From Alistipes sp. (GTDB lineage Bacteria; Bacteroidota; Bacteroidia; Bacteroidales; Rikenellaceae): 64,000 bases of DNA. The DNA is taken from assembly GCA_045650465.1 (NCBI GenBank), contig JAZRRF010000024.1:838-64837 (forward strand). Direction: 5' to 3'. The notes under the pieces were generated by a model. It ran no database searches. It was not told where the DNA came from and was given only the letters and a program-made list of their open reading frames with translations. Made by a program: the position numbers and the translations under genes. Shown piece by piece: positions 43,824-51,718 of this stretch (its first letter is position 1; every line of letters begins with the position of its first letter).

Positions 43824-43844
43824 TGCTTGCAATTTTCGTTAGAC

Positions 43845-45551
43845 CTATTTAAACCCTGCTTTTTTTCCGCTGTTAAACCCTGCTGTTTTCCCCTTATTGA
43901 CACTCGGCGGTGTGGCAGTCATGCCACCTCTCTCAAGCGCTCCACGCATCTGATTAACAGACGGGTTAGAGACTGCTTTATATCCATTTACTAAGTCAGG
44001 CTCCATCACTGCCAAGTTTTGATTCGCTTTAACCATCCGCCAATACGCTTCAATAACCGCCTTGTCGTCATTATAATCAAACGCCATACCATTGATGTAG
44101 CGTATCTTTTTTTCCTTGTTGCCCGAACCGCTTCCGCCACCCTGATTCTTTAATCGCTCCTCTCTTGCTCCTTGAATACCCAACAGAGCATTATGATAAC
44201 TCACCTCCTCCTTGAGTCGCGCATTACGGTAGTCCTCGTCAGCCTCCCACTTTGCCTGCGCCACTTCTGCGTCATATTTAGCCTTCGCAGCAGCATTCCG
44301 CTCCTTGCGGTCCGCATCAGCAGCCTCCATGCGCTGCCTTGCATATTCCGCCAACAGCTTCGAGTTGCTTTCCCTTAATGCACGCAGCTTCTCATTAGCC
44401 ACCGCACTACGCGCCTCCTCCTTGTCAATCTTCCACGCACCACCATGCATGGCAGCACCCTTAGTCACAAGGTTAGCAATATCACTTAGTATAGCCATAT
44501 CACGTTCACGCTTAGCCCTTCGCTCCTGCTCTGCGGCAGACTTCTGCGCCTGGGCAATCTGTGCATCCGTCTGCTCTACATAATTACCCTTTTCCATCTC
44601 CGGAAGATCCGGCCATAGAATCGTCTTTTTCCCACCATCCTCAACAGCTGTCTGTGCAGCAGGAGCAGGTGTAGGTGTAGATGTCTCTTTTGCCGGTGTC
44701 ACAGGTGCTTTGGGCTGTGCAGCCGGCGTTTCCTTTTTCACAGCAGGTGTCTGCGGTATTTGTGGCTCGGTCTCTTTACGTTTTTTACCGTCTTCTATCA
44801 GTTTACGCAACTCCTCCGCACTCCAGTTTTCCCTTCCTACTGCATGAGAATAAAAATAAGGATGCATCTCTTTATCTTCATTCATCTCACGTATATGGTA
44901 ACGTTTCAGCCGCGACGGCGATTTTGCAGCTTCAATATCAGCGATAGCCTTGTCATATCGCGACTGTTCAGCTGGAGTTTCCGGCAGAGTTTCAAGAACA
45001 GATCTATGATAATAGTTATCGAGTTTGCTTACACCCGCATTTCGAGCACTCTCGTTAGGAATTCGAGTGCCCCTGATATCAAATGGGCTCACATTTTTTG
45101 GAAATGTAGTTTCTGACTCCTTTTTCTGCGATCTATTTCCCCATATATCCACCTCCTCAAGAACAACTACATCGTCTGACGCTTGTGTGTCAGGTGCAGC
45201 AGGCGTTTCCTCCTTTTGGGAGGCAGCCGGTGTCACAGGTGCTTTGGGCTGTGCAGTATCAAAAGTTCGTCCGGCTTTTTTTGCTATAGGGTTATCAACA
45301 ACTTCATACCACTTCCCACCTATACTGGCATAGTAATTTCCTTTGTTGTCTGCTTCTGTGCCCCGGTTCAACGCTCCTATAATATCACCATCAGAATTTC
45401 TAAATATAGGATATCCAGCAGCCCTCGCAGCTGCGTGGTTATTGGGAATTTCATCGAAGTTTACTTTCTTATAGCGTTTCCCATTCTGCTCAATATATTC
45501 CTCACCTGCCTTGGTCTTCTTGTGATTCTTGTCATCTAATACACTGCTCAT
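43845..45551 (-). CDS. virion/ejection protein, paralog of ORF 26719-28377
   Basis: 568 aa; central roughly 170 aa are near-identical in blocks to the 552-aa protein, with high nucleotide identity (44428-44675 vs 27371-27620). Confidence 0.65.
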   Translation of the reverse strand: MSSVLDDKNHKKTKAGEEYIEQNGKRYKKVNFDEIPNNHAAARAAGYPIFRNSDGDIIGALNRGTEADNKGNYYASIGGKWYEVVDNPIAKKAGRTFDTAQPKAPVTPAASQKEETPAAPDTQASDDVVVLEEVDIWGNRSQKKESETTFPKNVSPFDIRGTRIPNESARNAGVSKLDNYYHRSVLETLPETPAEQSRYDKAIADIEAAKSPSRLKRYHIREMNEDKEMHPYFYSHAVGRENWSAEELRKLIEDGKKRKETEPQIPQTPAVKKETPAAQPKAPVTPAKETSTPTPAPAAQTAVEDGGKKTILWPDLPEMEKGNYVEQTDAQIAQAQKSAAEQERRAKRERDMAILSDIANLVTKGAAMHGGAWKIDKEEARSAVANEKLRALRESNSKLLAEYARQRMEAADADRKERNAAAKAKYDAEVAQAKWEADEDYRNARLKEEVSYHNALLGIQGAREERLKNQGGGSGSGNKEKKIRYINGMAFDYNDDKAVIEAYWRMVKANQNLAVMEPDLVNGYKAVSNPSVNQMRGALERGGMTATPPSVNKGKTAGFNSGKKAGFK

Positions 45552-45565
45552 AGTATCCCCTCCAT

Positions 45566-46150
45566 CTATTTACCATTCTTGTTTCTCGGAACTTTAATAC
45601 CCAGCTCGCCAGCCTCAGCCGCAGAATCTTCCACGCCGCCGTCAGCCTTGTCCCAATCTACGCCCTGCAATCCACTCGCAATAAGGCTCGCACCACTACT
45701 CATAAGATTACTTGCCGCCTGCTGCCTTGCCTCAGCAATAGCCGCCTGCTGCTGACTCAAGTTATTATCCATCGCAAGCTTCTGCGCATCGATAGCCGCT
45801 CTATCCTGCTGCCCCTTTGCCGCCAAGTTACCGACCATGTTGCCCATTGCCTCACCACCGGCCTCAGCAACCGCTGCAGCCTGTTCGGGTGTTCCACCGG
45901 TTATAGCCTGTCGCGCTCTCGCCTCCTTTGTTCTCTCCGCCCAAGCATTCCTGTACTGCTTCAACGCATTCTGCGCCTGCACAGTGTTCAGGTAATCCTG
46001 GTAGTAATTACGGTTATACCACGCCTCATTGGCAGCCCTCTGCCGAGCCAACCCTTGTTCTTGTTTCTCCGCCTCCGACGCGCTCTTGTACGCCCCGTAC
46101 AGCGTACTCGCAAGCCCCACGCCTGCACCTATAAGTCCAACTACACTCAT
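45566..46150 (-). CDS. small internal-virion-like protein with N-terminal hydrophobic segment
   Basis: 194 aa; MSVVGLIGAGVGLASTLYGAY, then an A/Q/E-rich helical sequence; first gene of the operon. Confidence 0.6.
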   Translation of the reverse strand: MSVVGLIGAGVGLASTLYGAYKSASEAEKQEQGLARQRAANEAWYNRNYYQDYLNTVQAQNALKQYRNAWAERTKEARARQAITGGTPEQAAAVAEAGGEAMGNMVGNLAAKGQQDRAAIDAQKLAMDNNLSQQQAAIAEARQQAASNLMSSGASLIASGLQGVDWDKADGGVEDSAAEAGELGIKVPRNKNGK

Positions 46151-46286
46151 GTCTTCATTAATTCGAATTAAACACCCAAAGGTGCAAATCCCAACACGAT
46201 TTATCAGTACATAATTAACCCACCATTATGGATAACTGACACAATCCACCTCCTTGCAGGCACTGTATTCTAATTGTTGTGTATCT

Positions 46287-46322
46287 TTGTAGTGTGCATT
46301 GTAGTGTATATTGTAGTGTGCA
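46287..46322 (+). repeat. 12-bp tandem repeat TTGTAGTGT(G/A)(C/T)A x3 (candidate operator array)
   Basis: Read directly; lies 34 nt upstream of the ATG at 46356 in the divergent promoter region. Confidence 0.6.
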
Positions 46323-46355
46323 AAAAACGCCCCCCTTGGAACAGTTTGATAATCA

Positions 46356-46829
46356 ATGAAAAAGAAGTGTCGAAAAAAACCACTTACCGATGAAGAAAAA
46401 ATGCTTGCCGTGCAGGAATACAAGACCAACGGCAACGCATCAGCCATAGCCAGGAAGTACGGCGTTGCACGCACCACCTTTCTCGCCTGGCTGCCATTGT
46501 TCAGCGACACACCAGTATCCAACGACATCGTCACACAAGCCACAGTCAAGGCCATAGAAAAAACCTCCGATGCCGCAGTGCGCTCCATCGAGCAAGCCAC
46601 CGCCACACGCCAGGAATTCCTCCAACAACACTATGCCGGAGTCAGCACACTCTTCTCCGCCCTCATCACCAAGATGACCAAAGAATTGAGCGACGACAAC
46701 AAACACCCCTCACTCCGCGACCAGGCAGCCGCCCTCACCGCCCTCGTCAACTTCGTAAAGGAATTCACACCCACCGAAGAGCAAGGCACCACCACAATAA
46801 ATTTATTGCAGCAGACAGTCAACAATTAA
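46356..46829 (+). CDS. HTH DNA-binding protein (transposase/TerS-like N-terminal HTH plus helical C-terminus); candidate lysogeny regulator
   Basis: LTDEEKMLAVQEYKTNGNASAIARKYGVARTTFLAWL; 157 aa; transcribed opposite to all lytic genes. Confidence 0.6.
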   Translation: MKKKCRKKPLTDEEKMLAVQEYKTNGNASAIARKYGVARTTFLAWLPLFSDTPVSNDIVTQATVKAIEKTSDAAVRSIEQATATRQEFLQQHYAGVSTLFSALITKMTKELSDDNKHPSLRDQAAALTALVNFVKEFTPTEEQGTTTINLLQQTVNN

Positions 46830-46988
46830 CCCCTTCCAGCGGTTCTTTGTCCTTCACGACCTCTTTGCGTGAAAATATTTCAACAAATGCAAAATTCTTG
46901 TGGAAATATTTTGCCACAAAGAAAATAATGCTTACCTTCGCAGTGTAATCAATTAGAACTGGTGGCAACAGTAATTCAGCGTATTATT

Positions 46989-47492
46989 ATGAAGAAGTAT
47001 CAAATCAACGCAATCTGCGATCCTTACAACGCACGTCATCATTATCACGGCCAGCGCGTTATCAGCTACAATTGTGCAACACCCGTTGAATGGGTAATGG
47101 AAGAAGACCTCACACTCGAAGAGGCACAGAATATCCTTGATACTTACGCCAACAACCTCGGCGATGACTACACCTGGAACAATGACGAATGGATCAAGGA
47201 ACTCCAAGAAGAAGGCATCGACACCTCCTGGTATAAGGGTGAAGGTATATACACCGACGGAGTACTCATCTATCAGCACGGCGACATGAGCCTCCGCTAC
47301 GACTCTATGCTCTATAGAATTGAAGAAATGGACACACTCCCCGCAGGCTACACCATGCAGCAAAGCATATCAGGCTACTGGAGGCTCCTCGACAGCGAAG
47401 GCAATTATATCCATGACGACCCTGCATGCGAAGATGTATATGATGAAGGCTCAGCAATCGCATTGTTCAACGAAATCATTAAGAACCCATGA
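46989..47492 (+). CDS. hypothetical acidic protein
   Basis: ATG at 46989 (the ORF-track GTG is at 46962); 167 aa; stop overlaps the XRE start (ATGA). Confidence 0.55.
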   Translation: MKKYQINAICDPYNARHHYHGQRVISYNCATPVEWVMEEDLTLEEAQNILDTYANNLGDDYTWNNDEWIKELQEEGIDTSWYKGEGIYTDGVLIYQHGDMSLRYDSMLYRIEEMDTLPAGYTMQQSISGYWRLLDSEGNYIHDDPACEDVYDEGSAIALFNEIIKNP

Positions 47493-47686
47493 ATATAAGA
47501 GAAGAAATTGGTACACAACTCCGCGCCCTGCGCGAGGCCAAAGGCCTCACCACCCGGGAACTCGCAGAACTCGCCGGCATCGACTACTCACACATCGCGA
47601 AGATCGAGCGCGGCACATACAACCTCCGCGTCGACACACTCCACAAGGTCGCAACCGCACTTGGAGCGGAAATTAAAATCGAATAA
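47489..47686 (+). CDS. XRE-family HTH transcriptional regulator (Cro/CI-like)
   Basis: LRALREAKGLTTRELAELAGIDYSHIAKIERGTYNLRVDTLHKVATALG. Confidence 0.8.
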   Translation: MNIREEIGTQLRALREAKGLTTRELAELAGIDYSHIAKIERGTYNLRVDTLHKVATALGAEIKIE

Positions 47687-47693
47687 GACAACA

Positions 47694-47729
47694 AGAGGCA
47701 ACCACCACGGCTGCCTCTTTTCTTTTTTA
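47694..47729 (+). terminator. rho-independent terminator after the XRE gene
   Basis: AGAGGCA-loop-TGCCTCT followed by TTTCTTTTTT. Confidence 0.7.
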
Positions 47730-47861
47730 TCCTTTGTTTTGTCAAACACTTTTACTTTACCCTCAAATTTTGCCAACATTAACTATCAATCAGTTAGCAA
47801 AAATTTCCCAAAAGGCAAAACGCAAATACCTTGTAAACAATTTTCTTAACCACACACAAAC

Positions 47862-47893
47862 AAAAAACCCCGACCATCCTAAGACAGCCGGGG
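47862..47893 (-). terminator. rho-independent terminator of the SPFH cassette
   Basis: Minus strand CCCCGGC...GTCGGGG followed by TTTTTTG, 13 nt after the stop at 47906. Confidence 0.6.
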
Positions 47894-47905
47894 TTGAGTG
47901 TGGAG

Positions 47906-48577
47906 TTATTCTGTGGGGCAAGTGGAGAAAGTGATGGTTACATCAAGAGATTTACCATTGCCGTGAAGGCGGAATGTTTCTTTGCTATAATCTTTGGCAC
48001 ATTCTGCTCCAGTTGATTTGAACTTGTTGTCACGCAATATGCTTCTCAACTTATTGGCAACATGACTTAAAGGGCTGGAGCCTGGAAGAGGTATTGCCTC
48101 TTCTTTGGTCTGCTCCACTATCACTTCGCCTGTGGGCTCGGACTCTTCGTTTACCGGTTCCTCACCTTCTACAAAACCTTCCACCGTAAGGTCAACCTCT
48201 GCAGGCTCCTCATTTTCACAAACTTTCTCCATCTCCTCGTCTTGAGTCTCCTTCTCCGCAACATCAGGATCCTCGCCAGCCTCTTCATTGAGTGAATTCT
48301 TCAACTCCTCCAACTTCTCCCTGTTCCTTTTCTCCTCCTCGATGGTTTCACCGACTCTCTTGAAGAACGACGACAGGCCATCGTCAAAAGTTTCAGGCAA
48401 CTCCACATTTTTGCAGATAAACTTGTAAAGCTCTTCTGCCGCGGTGAAGTTGATTATCTTCTCACCTTCCTTCCATTGTGTTGTAAACTCGATTGCATAC
48501 TTGAGGGCCTCGCCTTTGCTCTTGAAACCACTCATACTCGGTGTGCCGGTAAGCCCGGCGCTTAATGCTTCAAACAT
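47906..48577 (-). CDS. highly acidic protein
   Basis: ATG at 48577, chosen because the longer ORF would overlap the SPFH gene; central segment EEAGEDPDVAEKETQDEEMEKVCENEEPAEVD...EEPVNEESEP. Confidence 0.55.
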   Translation of the reverse strand: MFEALSAGLTGTPSMSGFKSKGEALKYAIEFTTQWKEGEKIINFTAAEELYKFICKNVELPETFDDGLSSFFKRVGETIEEEKRNREKLEELKNSLNEEAGEDPDVAEKETQDEEMEKVCENEEPAEVDLTVEGFVEGEEPVNEESEPTGEVIVEQTKEEAIPLPGSSPLSHVANKLRSILRDNKFKSTGAECAKDYSKETFRLHGNGKSLDVTITFSTCPTE

Positions 48578-48596
48578 AAGATTAAAATTTAAAGGG

Positions 48597-49412
48597 TTAT
48601 TTAATAAACTTAGACGCATCCACAAATGTGCCGCCACCGGCAACAATCGGTGTCTTGCCATCCCATTTCTCAAGCGCTTTCATCTGCACAAGGTTATTTG
48701 ATAGTGAAGCCGCCACCACGCGATTGTAATAGGCTTCCGCATCGGCCTGAATCTTCAGCGCCTCAGCATTTCCCTTCGCAATGGCAATCTTCTTTTCAGC
48801 CTCCGCATTAGCCACAGCCACCTCATTCTCTACTCTCATCTGATCCTGCACAGCCTTATTCTTCTGGTTAATTGCATCCTCATAGGATTTCGGGTACTGT
48901 ATACCCGGAGAGAGCTGGTCCAGGATAAAGTTCTCAGCAAGGAAATACTCCCTTACCCTTGCTTCAAAGGCCTTATCCACAGCCTCACGGTTCGACACAA
49001 TCTCATCCGCATTGTATTTGTTAAACTCAATTCGTGCAGCATCCTTGATATAGACATATAATGTCTTGGTTATAATCTCGTCCATCCCCTTGCGGTACTT
49101 CTTGAACACAATCGGCGCTTTGCCATCCTGCATCTTAATAAGCGCCGAAGGATCGACCGTAAACCTCGAACCATCCTTTGAGTTGATCTCAAACGCGGGA
49201 TAGTCCACCGTCTGCACAAAGGTGGGATACTCGAATACCGCAACCTTAATTGGGTTATACCACATGGCGCCGGTCACAAGCACCACATCATCCACACCCT
49301 TACCGTCGCCGTAAAGGTTCACTTTGATACCCTCATGTCCGGCATCAATTCTCTCGTAAGCACACGATGTCAACAACAGCGCAGAAAGCGCAAACAACAT
49401 AATCTTCTTCAT
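48597..49412 (-). CDS. SPFH/band-7 (prohibitin/stomatin-like) domain lipoprotein
   Basis: Signal plus lipobox LLLTSC|AY. ERIDAGHEGIKV ... FTVDPSALIKM ... a C-terminal AEAEKKIAIAKGNAEALKIQADAEAYYN coiled coil typical of SPFH proteins. Confidence 0.8.
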   Translation of the reverse strand: MKKIMLFALSALLLTSCAYERIDAGHEGIKVNLYGDGKGVDDVVLVTGAMWYNPIKVAVFEYPTFVQTVDYPAFEINSKDGSRFTVDPSALIKMQDGKAPIVFKKYRKGMDEIITKTLYVYIKDAARIEFNKYNADEIVSNREAVDKAFEARVREYFLAENFILDQLSPGIQYPKSYEDAINQKNKAVQDQMRVENEVAVANAEAEKKIAIAKGNAEALKIQADAEAYYNRVVAASLSNNLVQMKALEKWDGKTPIVAGGGTFVDASKFIK

Positions 49413-49600
49413 TTGTTTTTGATTTTAAGGTTAATAAAACATTTGGTCTTGTAAGATATAAAAGCAAACATCACCGGCAAGACACAACCGATGACATTCA
49501 AAACACTATTACTTGCATTGATGGCTGCAAGGCTTAATTCAAAAACGGCAAAAGCGATAATGCACCAGGCCAAAAGTTTTACAAAAGTCGATGTTTTCAT
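49409..49600 (-). CDS. two-TM small membrane protein
   Basis: 63 aa with two hydrophobic helices; stop overlaps the SPFH start (ATGA). Confidence 0.55.
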   Translation of the reverse strand: MKTSTFVKLLAWCIIAFAVFELSLAAINASNSVLNVIGCVLPVMFAFISYKTKCFINLKIKNK

Positions 49601-50079
49601 TTCGTTTCAATGTTAAGTTTTCTCTCCCATGGACGACGGGTTTTGTTGAACTCATTGATTTTATCCTTCAGCAGGTCCCTCTCACGTTTTGCTTCGCTGA
49701 TCTCAAGTTCAGCCCTGAACGACTTGCTTTCAAGCTCGTCACATCTTTTCTTCTGCTCCTCAAGCATGTTCGCAATTTCCTTTGCGACTTTCTCGCCGAG
49801 AATGAAGCCATCAAAGAAAGGATAGCCACTCATAATGTAGATATTCTTACCCTCAAGAGCTGCAATCAAGAGACTCACGCTCTTTGCGTTCATGACAAAC
49901 TCACCACTTATGTGCACCGACTCCTTTCCGCCTTTCAGTACACCATTGTTTGCGGTGACAATAACCTTCAGGTCTTCAGTGATTGTCACCGTCTGTTTTT
50001 TCTCACTGCGAGCAGCATCGCCCGACACAGCCTTCATTGGGTTGTAACCCTGTTTTCTGTTTTCCATTTTGTTTTCCAT
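49597..50079 (-). CDS. hypothetical protein (beta-rich core plus C-terminal coiled coil)
   Basis: 160 aa; ATG at 50079; stop overlaps the next start; first gene after the terminator at 50092-50130. Confidence 0.55.
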   Translation of the reverse strand: MENKMENRKQGYNPMKAVSGDAARSEKKQTVTITEDLKVIVTANNGVLKGGKESVHISGEFVMNAKSVSLLIAALEGKNIYIMSGYPFFDGFILGEKVAKEIANMLEEQKKRCDELESKSFRAELEISEAKRERDLLKDKINEFNKTRRPWERKLNIETK

Positions 50080-50091
50080 TTTTTAAATTTT

Positions 50092-50130
50092 GTTTGCAAA
50101 GAAAATCAGCCTCTCTTGCAAGGGGCTGAT
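50092..50130 (-). terminator. rho-independent terminator ending the early-gene operon
   Basis: Minus strand ATCAGCCCC-loop-GAGGCTGAT followed by TTTTCTTTG. Confidence 0.6.
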
Positions 50131-50137
50131 TATCAAA

Positions 50138-50308
50138 TTATTTCTTTTTTCCGTACATCTCAAGTGTTTGCTTCTCATCCTCGGCGGCCTGTCGGGTTGT
50201 AAAGACTTTCACTATGCCCCAGTCTTTCTCCTCGGGGTAATACTCTTCCACCGCCCAGAGCGTGTCGCCAAAGCGGTCAGTTGAATGAGTTGTTCTGTAC
50301 TTGCTCAT
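50138..50308 (-). CDS. hypothetical small protein
   Basis: ATG at 50308 (MSKYRTTH) avoids overlap with the upstream gene; 56 aa. Confidence 0.45.
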   Translation of the reverse strand: MSKYRTTHSTDRFGDTLWAVEEYYPEEKDWGIVKVFTTRQAAEDEKQTLEMYGKKK

Positions 50309-50318
50309 GATATTTATT

Positions 50319-50549
50319 TTAAGAGTTATCACTTGGCAACGGACACCAATCAGGTAGATATTTCAACACCTCTCGACCTATTTGTATATTCGTAAAATAC
50401 ACATCGTCGGGGATATACGGTTCAGGTTGTAACTGATGGCTCGGATGAGTGCATAAGTATTCCACACGCATTTCTCCGTTATATTCAAGCTCTTTTCTTT
50501 TACAATAGGGGCAGTTGAAGCACCCTGTAACTACAATTTTTCTTTGCAT
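50319..50549 (-). CDS. small Cys-containing (zinc-ribbon-like) protein
   Basis: 76 aa; CFNCPYC ... C..PSH ... C. Confidence 0.5.
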   Translation of the reverse strand: MQRKIVVTGCFNCPYCKRKELEYNGEMRVEYLCTHPSHQLQPEPYIPDDVYFTNIQIGREVLKYLPDWCPLPSDNS

Positions 50550-50551
50550 AA

Positions 50552-50836
50552 TTACATTTGTTCTTTAATTAAATTAAACCAATCCGCAAGCTCGCGGAAT
50601 TCGGGATTGAATTTGTAATTCTCATCGTACTTCCTGTCGTAATAACTGACAGTCGCATGATCCTTGTTCAGCCTGTTACTAATCTTTTCCAGACCAAAAC
50701 CTTGCAGTCGCAGATGACGCGCCATGATGAACCGGCAATAAGTGATATCCATGTATCTGCCTGGTGGAATCTGCTCACCCATCAGCGCAGCAAGGAGTAT
50801 TGGTTTCGGGTTTATTCGTTTTCTCATACATATCAT
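50552..50836 (-). CDS. DnaA domain IV-like HTH protein
   Basis: ATG at 50836 (ATGA overlap with the upstream stop). ITYCRFIMARHLRLQGFGLEKISNRLNKDHATVSYYDRKY resembles the DnaA C-terminal DNA-binding domain (RQIAMYL ... DHTTV). Confidence 0.5.
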   Translation of the reverse strand: MICMRKRINPKPILLAALMGEQIPPGRYMDITYCRFIMARHLRLQGFGLEKISNRLNKDHATVSYYDRKYDENYKFNPEFRELADWFNLIKEQM

Positions 50837-51132
50837 TCTTGATCTTTCTCGTTTAACATTTCGCAAAGGAGCTTTGCCCGTAGGTGGGCTATCTTCTTTG
50901 ATCCTTCGTTAGTGTATGGGAATGCTTTAATGTAATGTAAATCTGGTGAATCCTCGCATTCTACATAAACAATATATTTGCCAACGTTTGTCATACAACA
51001 ATACTTGCAACGATTATTCTCAACCGCTTTATTTGTTGCGACATGCTCTTCGTACACTCGCCAGTAATAGGCATTTCCATCTTTCGGCACATAGCCGAAC
51101 CATTCAAATAGTTTGTTGATGATTCGTTTCAT
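50833..51132 (-). CDS. hypothetical protein
   Basis: 99-aa ATG-initiated ORF in the co-directional early array. Confidence 0.5.
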   Translation of the reverse strand: MKRIINKLFEWFGYVPKDGNAYYWRVYEEHVATNKAVENNRCKYCCMTNVGKYIVYVECEDSPDLHYIKAFPYTNEGSKKIAHLRAKLLCEMLNEKDQE

Positions 51133-51155
51133 GGTTCAAAACTTTTAGTTTTGTT

Positions 51156-51253
51156 AAAAAAAAGAGGTGGGGTTTACATCTTGGTTTATAGCCGTCAAGT
51201 TACGGGCTAACTTCTTAGAGGGAATTACCACGCTCCGATTCCCTTACCCCAAA
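51156..51253 (-). ncRNA. candidate multi-hairpin terminator or small RNA
   Basis: Minus strand: closing stem UGGGGU...ACCCCA encloses AGGGAAU-loop-AUUCCCU and GUUAGCC...GGCUA(UA)AC, and is followed by CCUCU8. A G+C-richer island in an A+T-rich region. Confidence 0.3.
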
Positions 51254-51349
51254 GTTACGTTTGAATTACTCACATTAAGTGAAACTTAATCGCCTGTGAT
51301 AAACACATATTTTTGCATTGGGCGATAATCGCTGTTACGATTGTACCTC

Positions 51350-51718
51350 TTATTGCTTTAAGTATTCTTTGTTAAATGCTTTTGCGTTAATAAGTCTTTC
51401 TATATCGCATATCAATCGTTCATAGCAATAATCTATATTGTTTTTGTTAGTAATATCCAACGCAAACGTTTTATTACCTTTAATTGCTATTTCCAGTAGC
51501 CGATGCAGACTCCAAGCGGGAATGTCATTTGAACGCAATAATTCTTCCCATTCTCTTCTTATACGAAGATGGTACTCTATATCACCTTCGGCATCTTCGC
51601 TACCTTCAGCATAATACATATCTGCAGTCTCAGGTTTCAATCCCAATTCCAACAAGCGTTGGCTCTGTTCTTTAGTAGTGCATACCTGCGAATTAAATTT
51701 TAGTTCTGTCTTTTGCAT
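51350..51718 (-). CDS. hypothetical protein
   Basis: 122-aa ATG-initiated ORF. Confidence 0.5.
   Translation of the reverse strand: MQKTELKFNSQVCTTKEQSQRLLELGLKPETADMYYAEGSEDAEGDIEYHLRIRREWEELLRSNDIPAWSLHRLLEIAIKGNKTFALDITNKNNIDYCYERLICDIERLINAKAFNKEYLKQ

Noticed and set aside
30524-43994. Dozens of 60-260-aa ORFs on the plus strand and in other minus frames overlapping the giant gene
   Set aside because: These are shadow ORFs of a long, compositionally biased coding region. Their translations are low-complexity (S/L/C/F-rich), and none has independent start or stop context.
46226-46606. 126-aa minus-strand ORF spanning the divergent promoter region and the start of the HTH gene
   Set aside because: It overlaps the 12-bp repeat array and the well-supported plus-strand HTH gene, and its translation is not protein-like.
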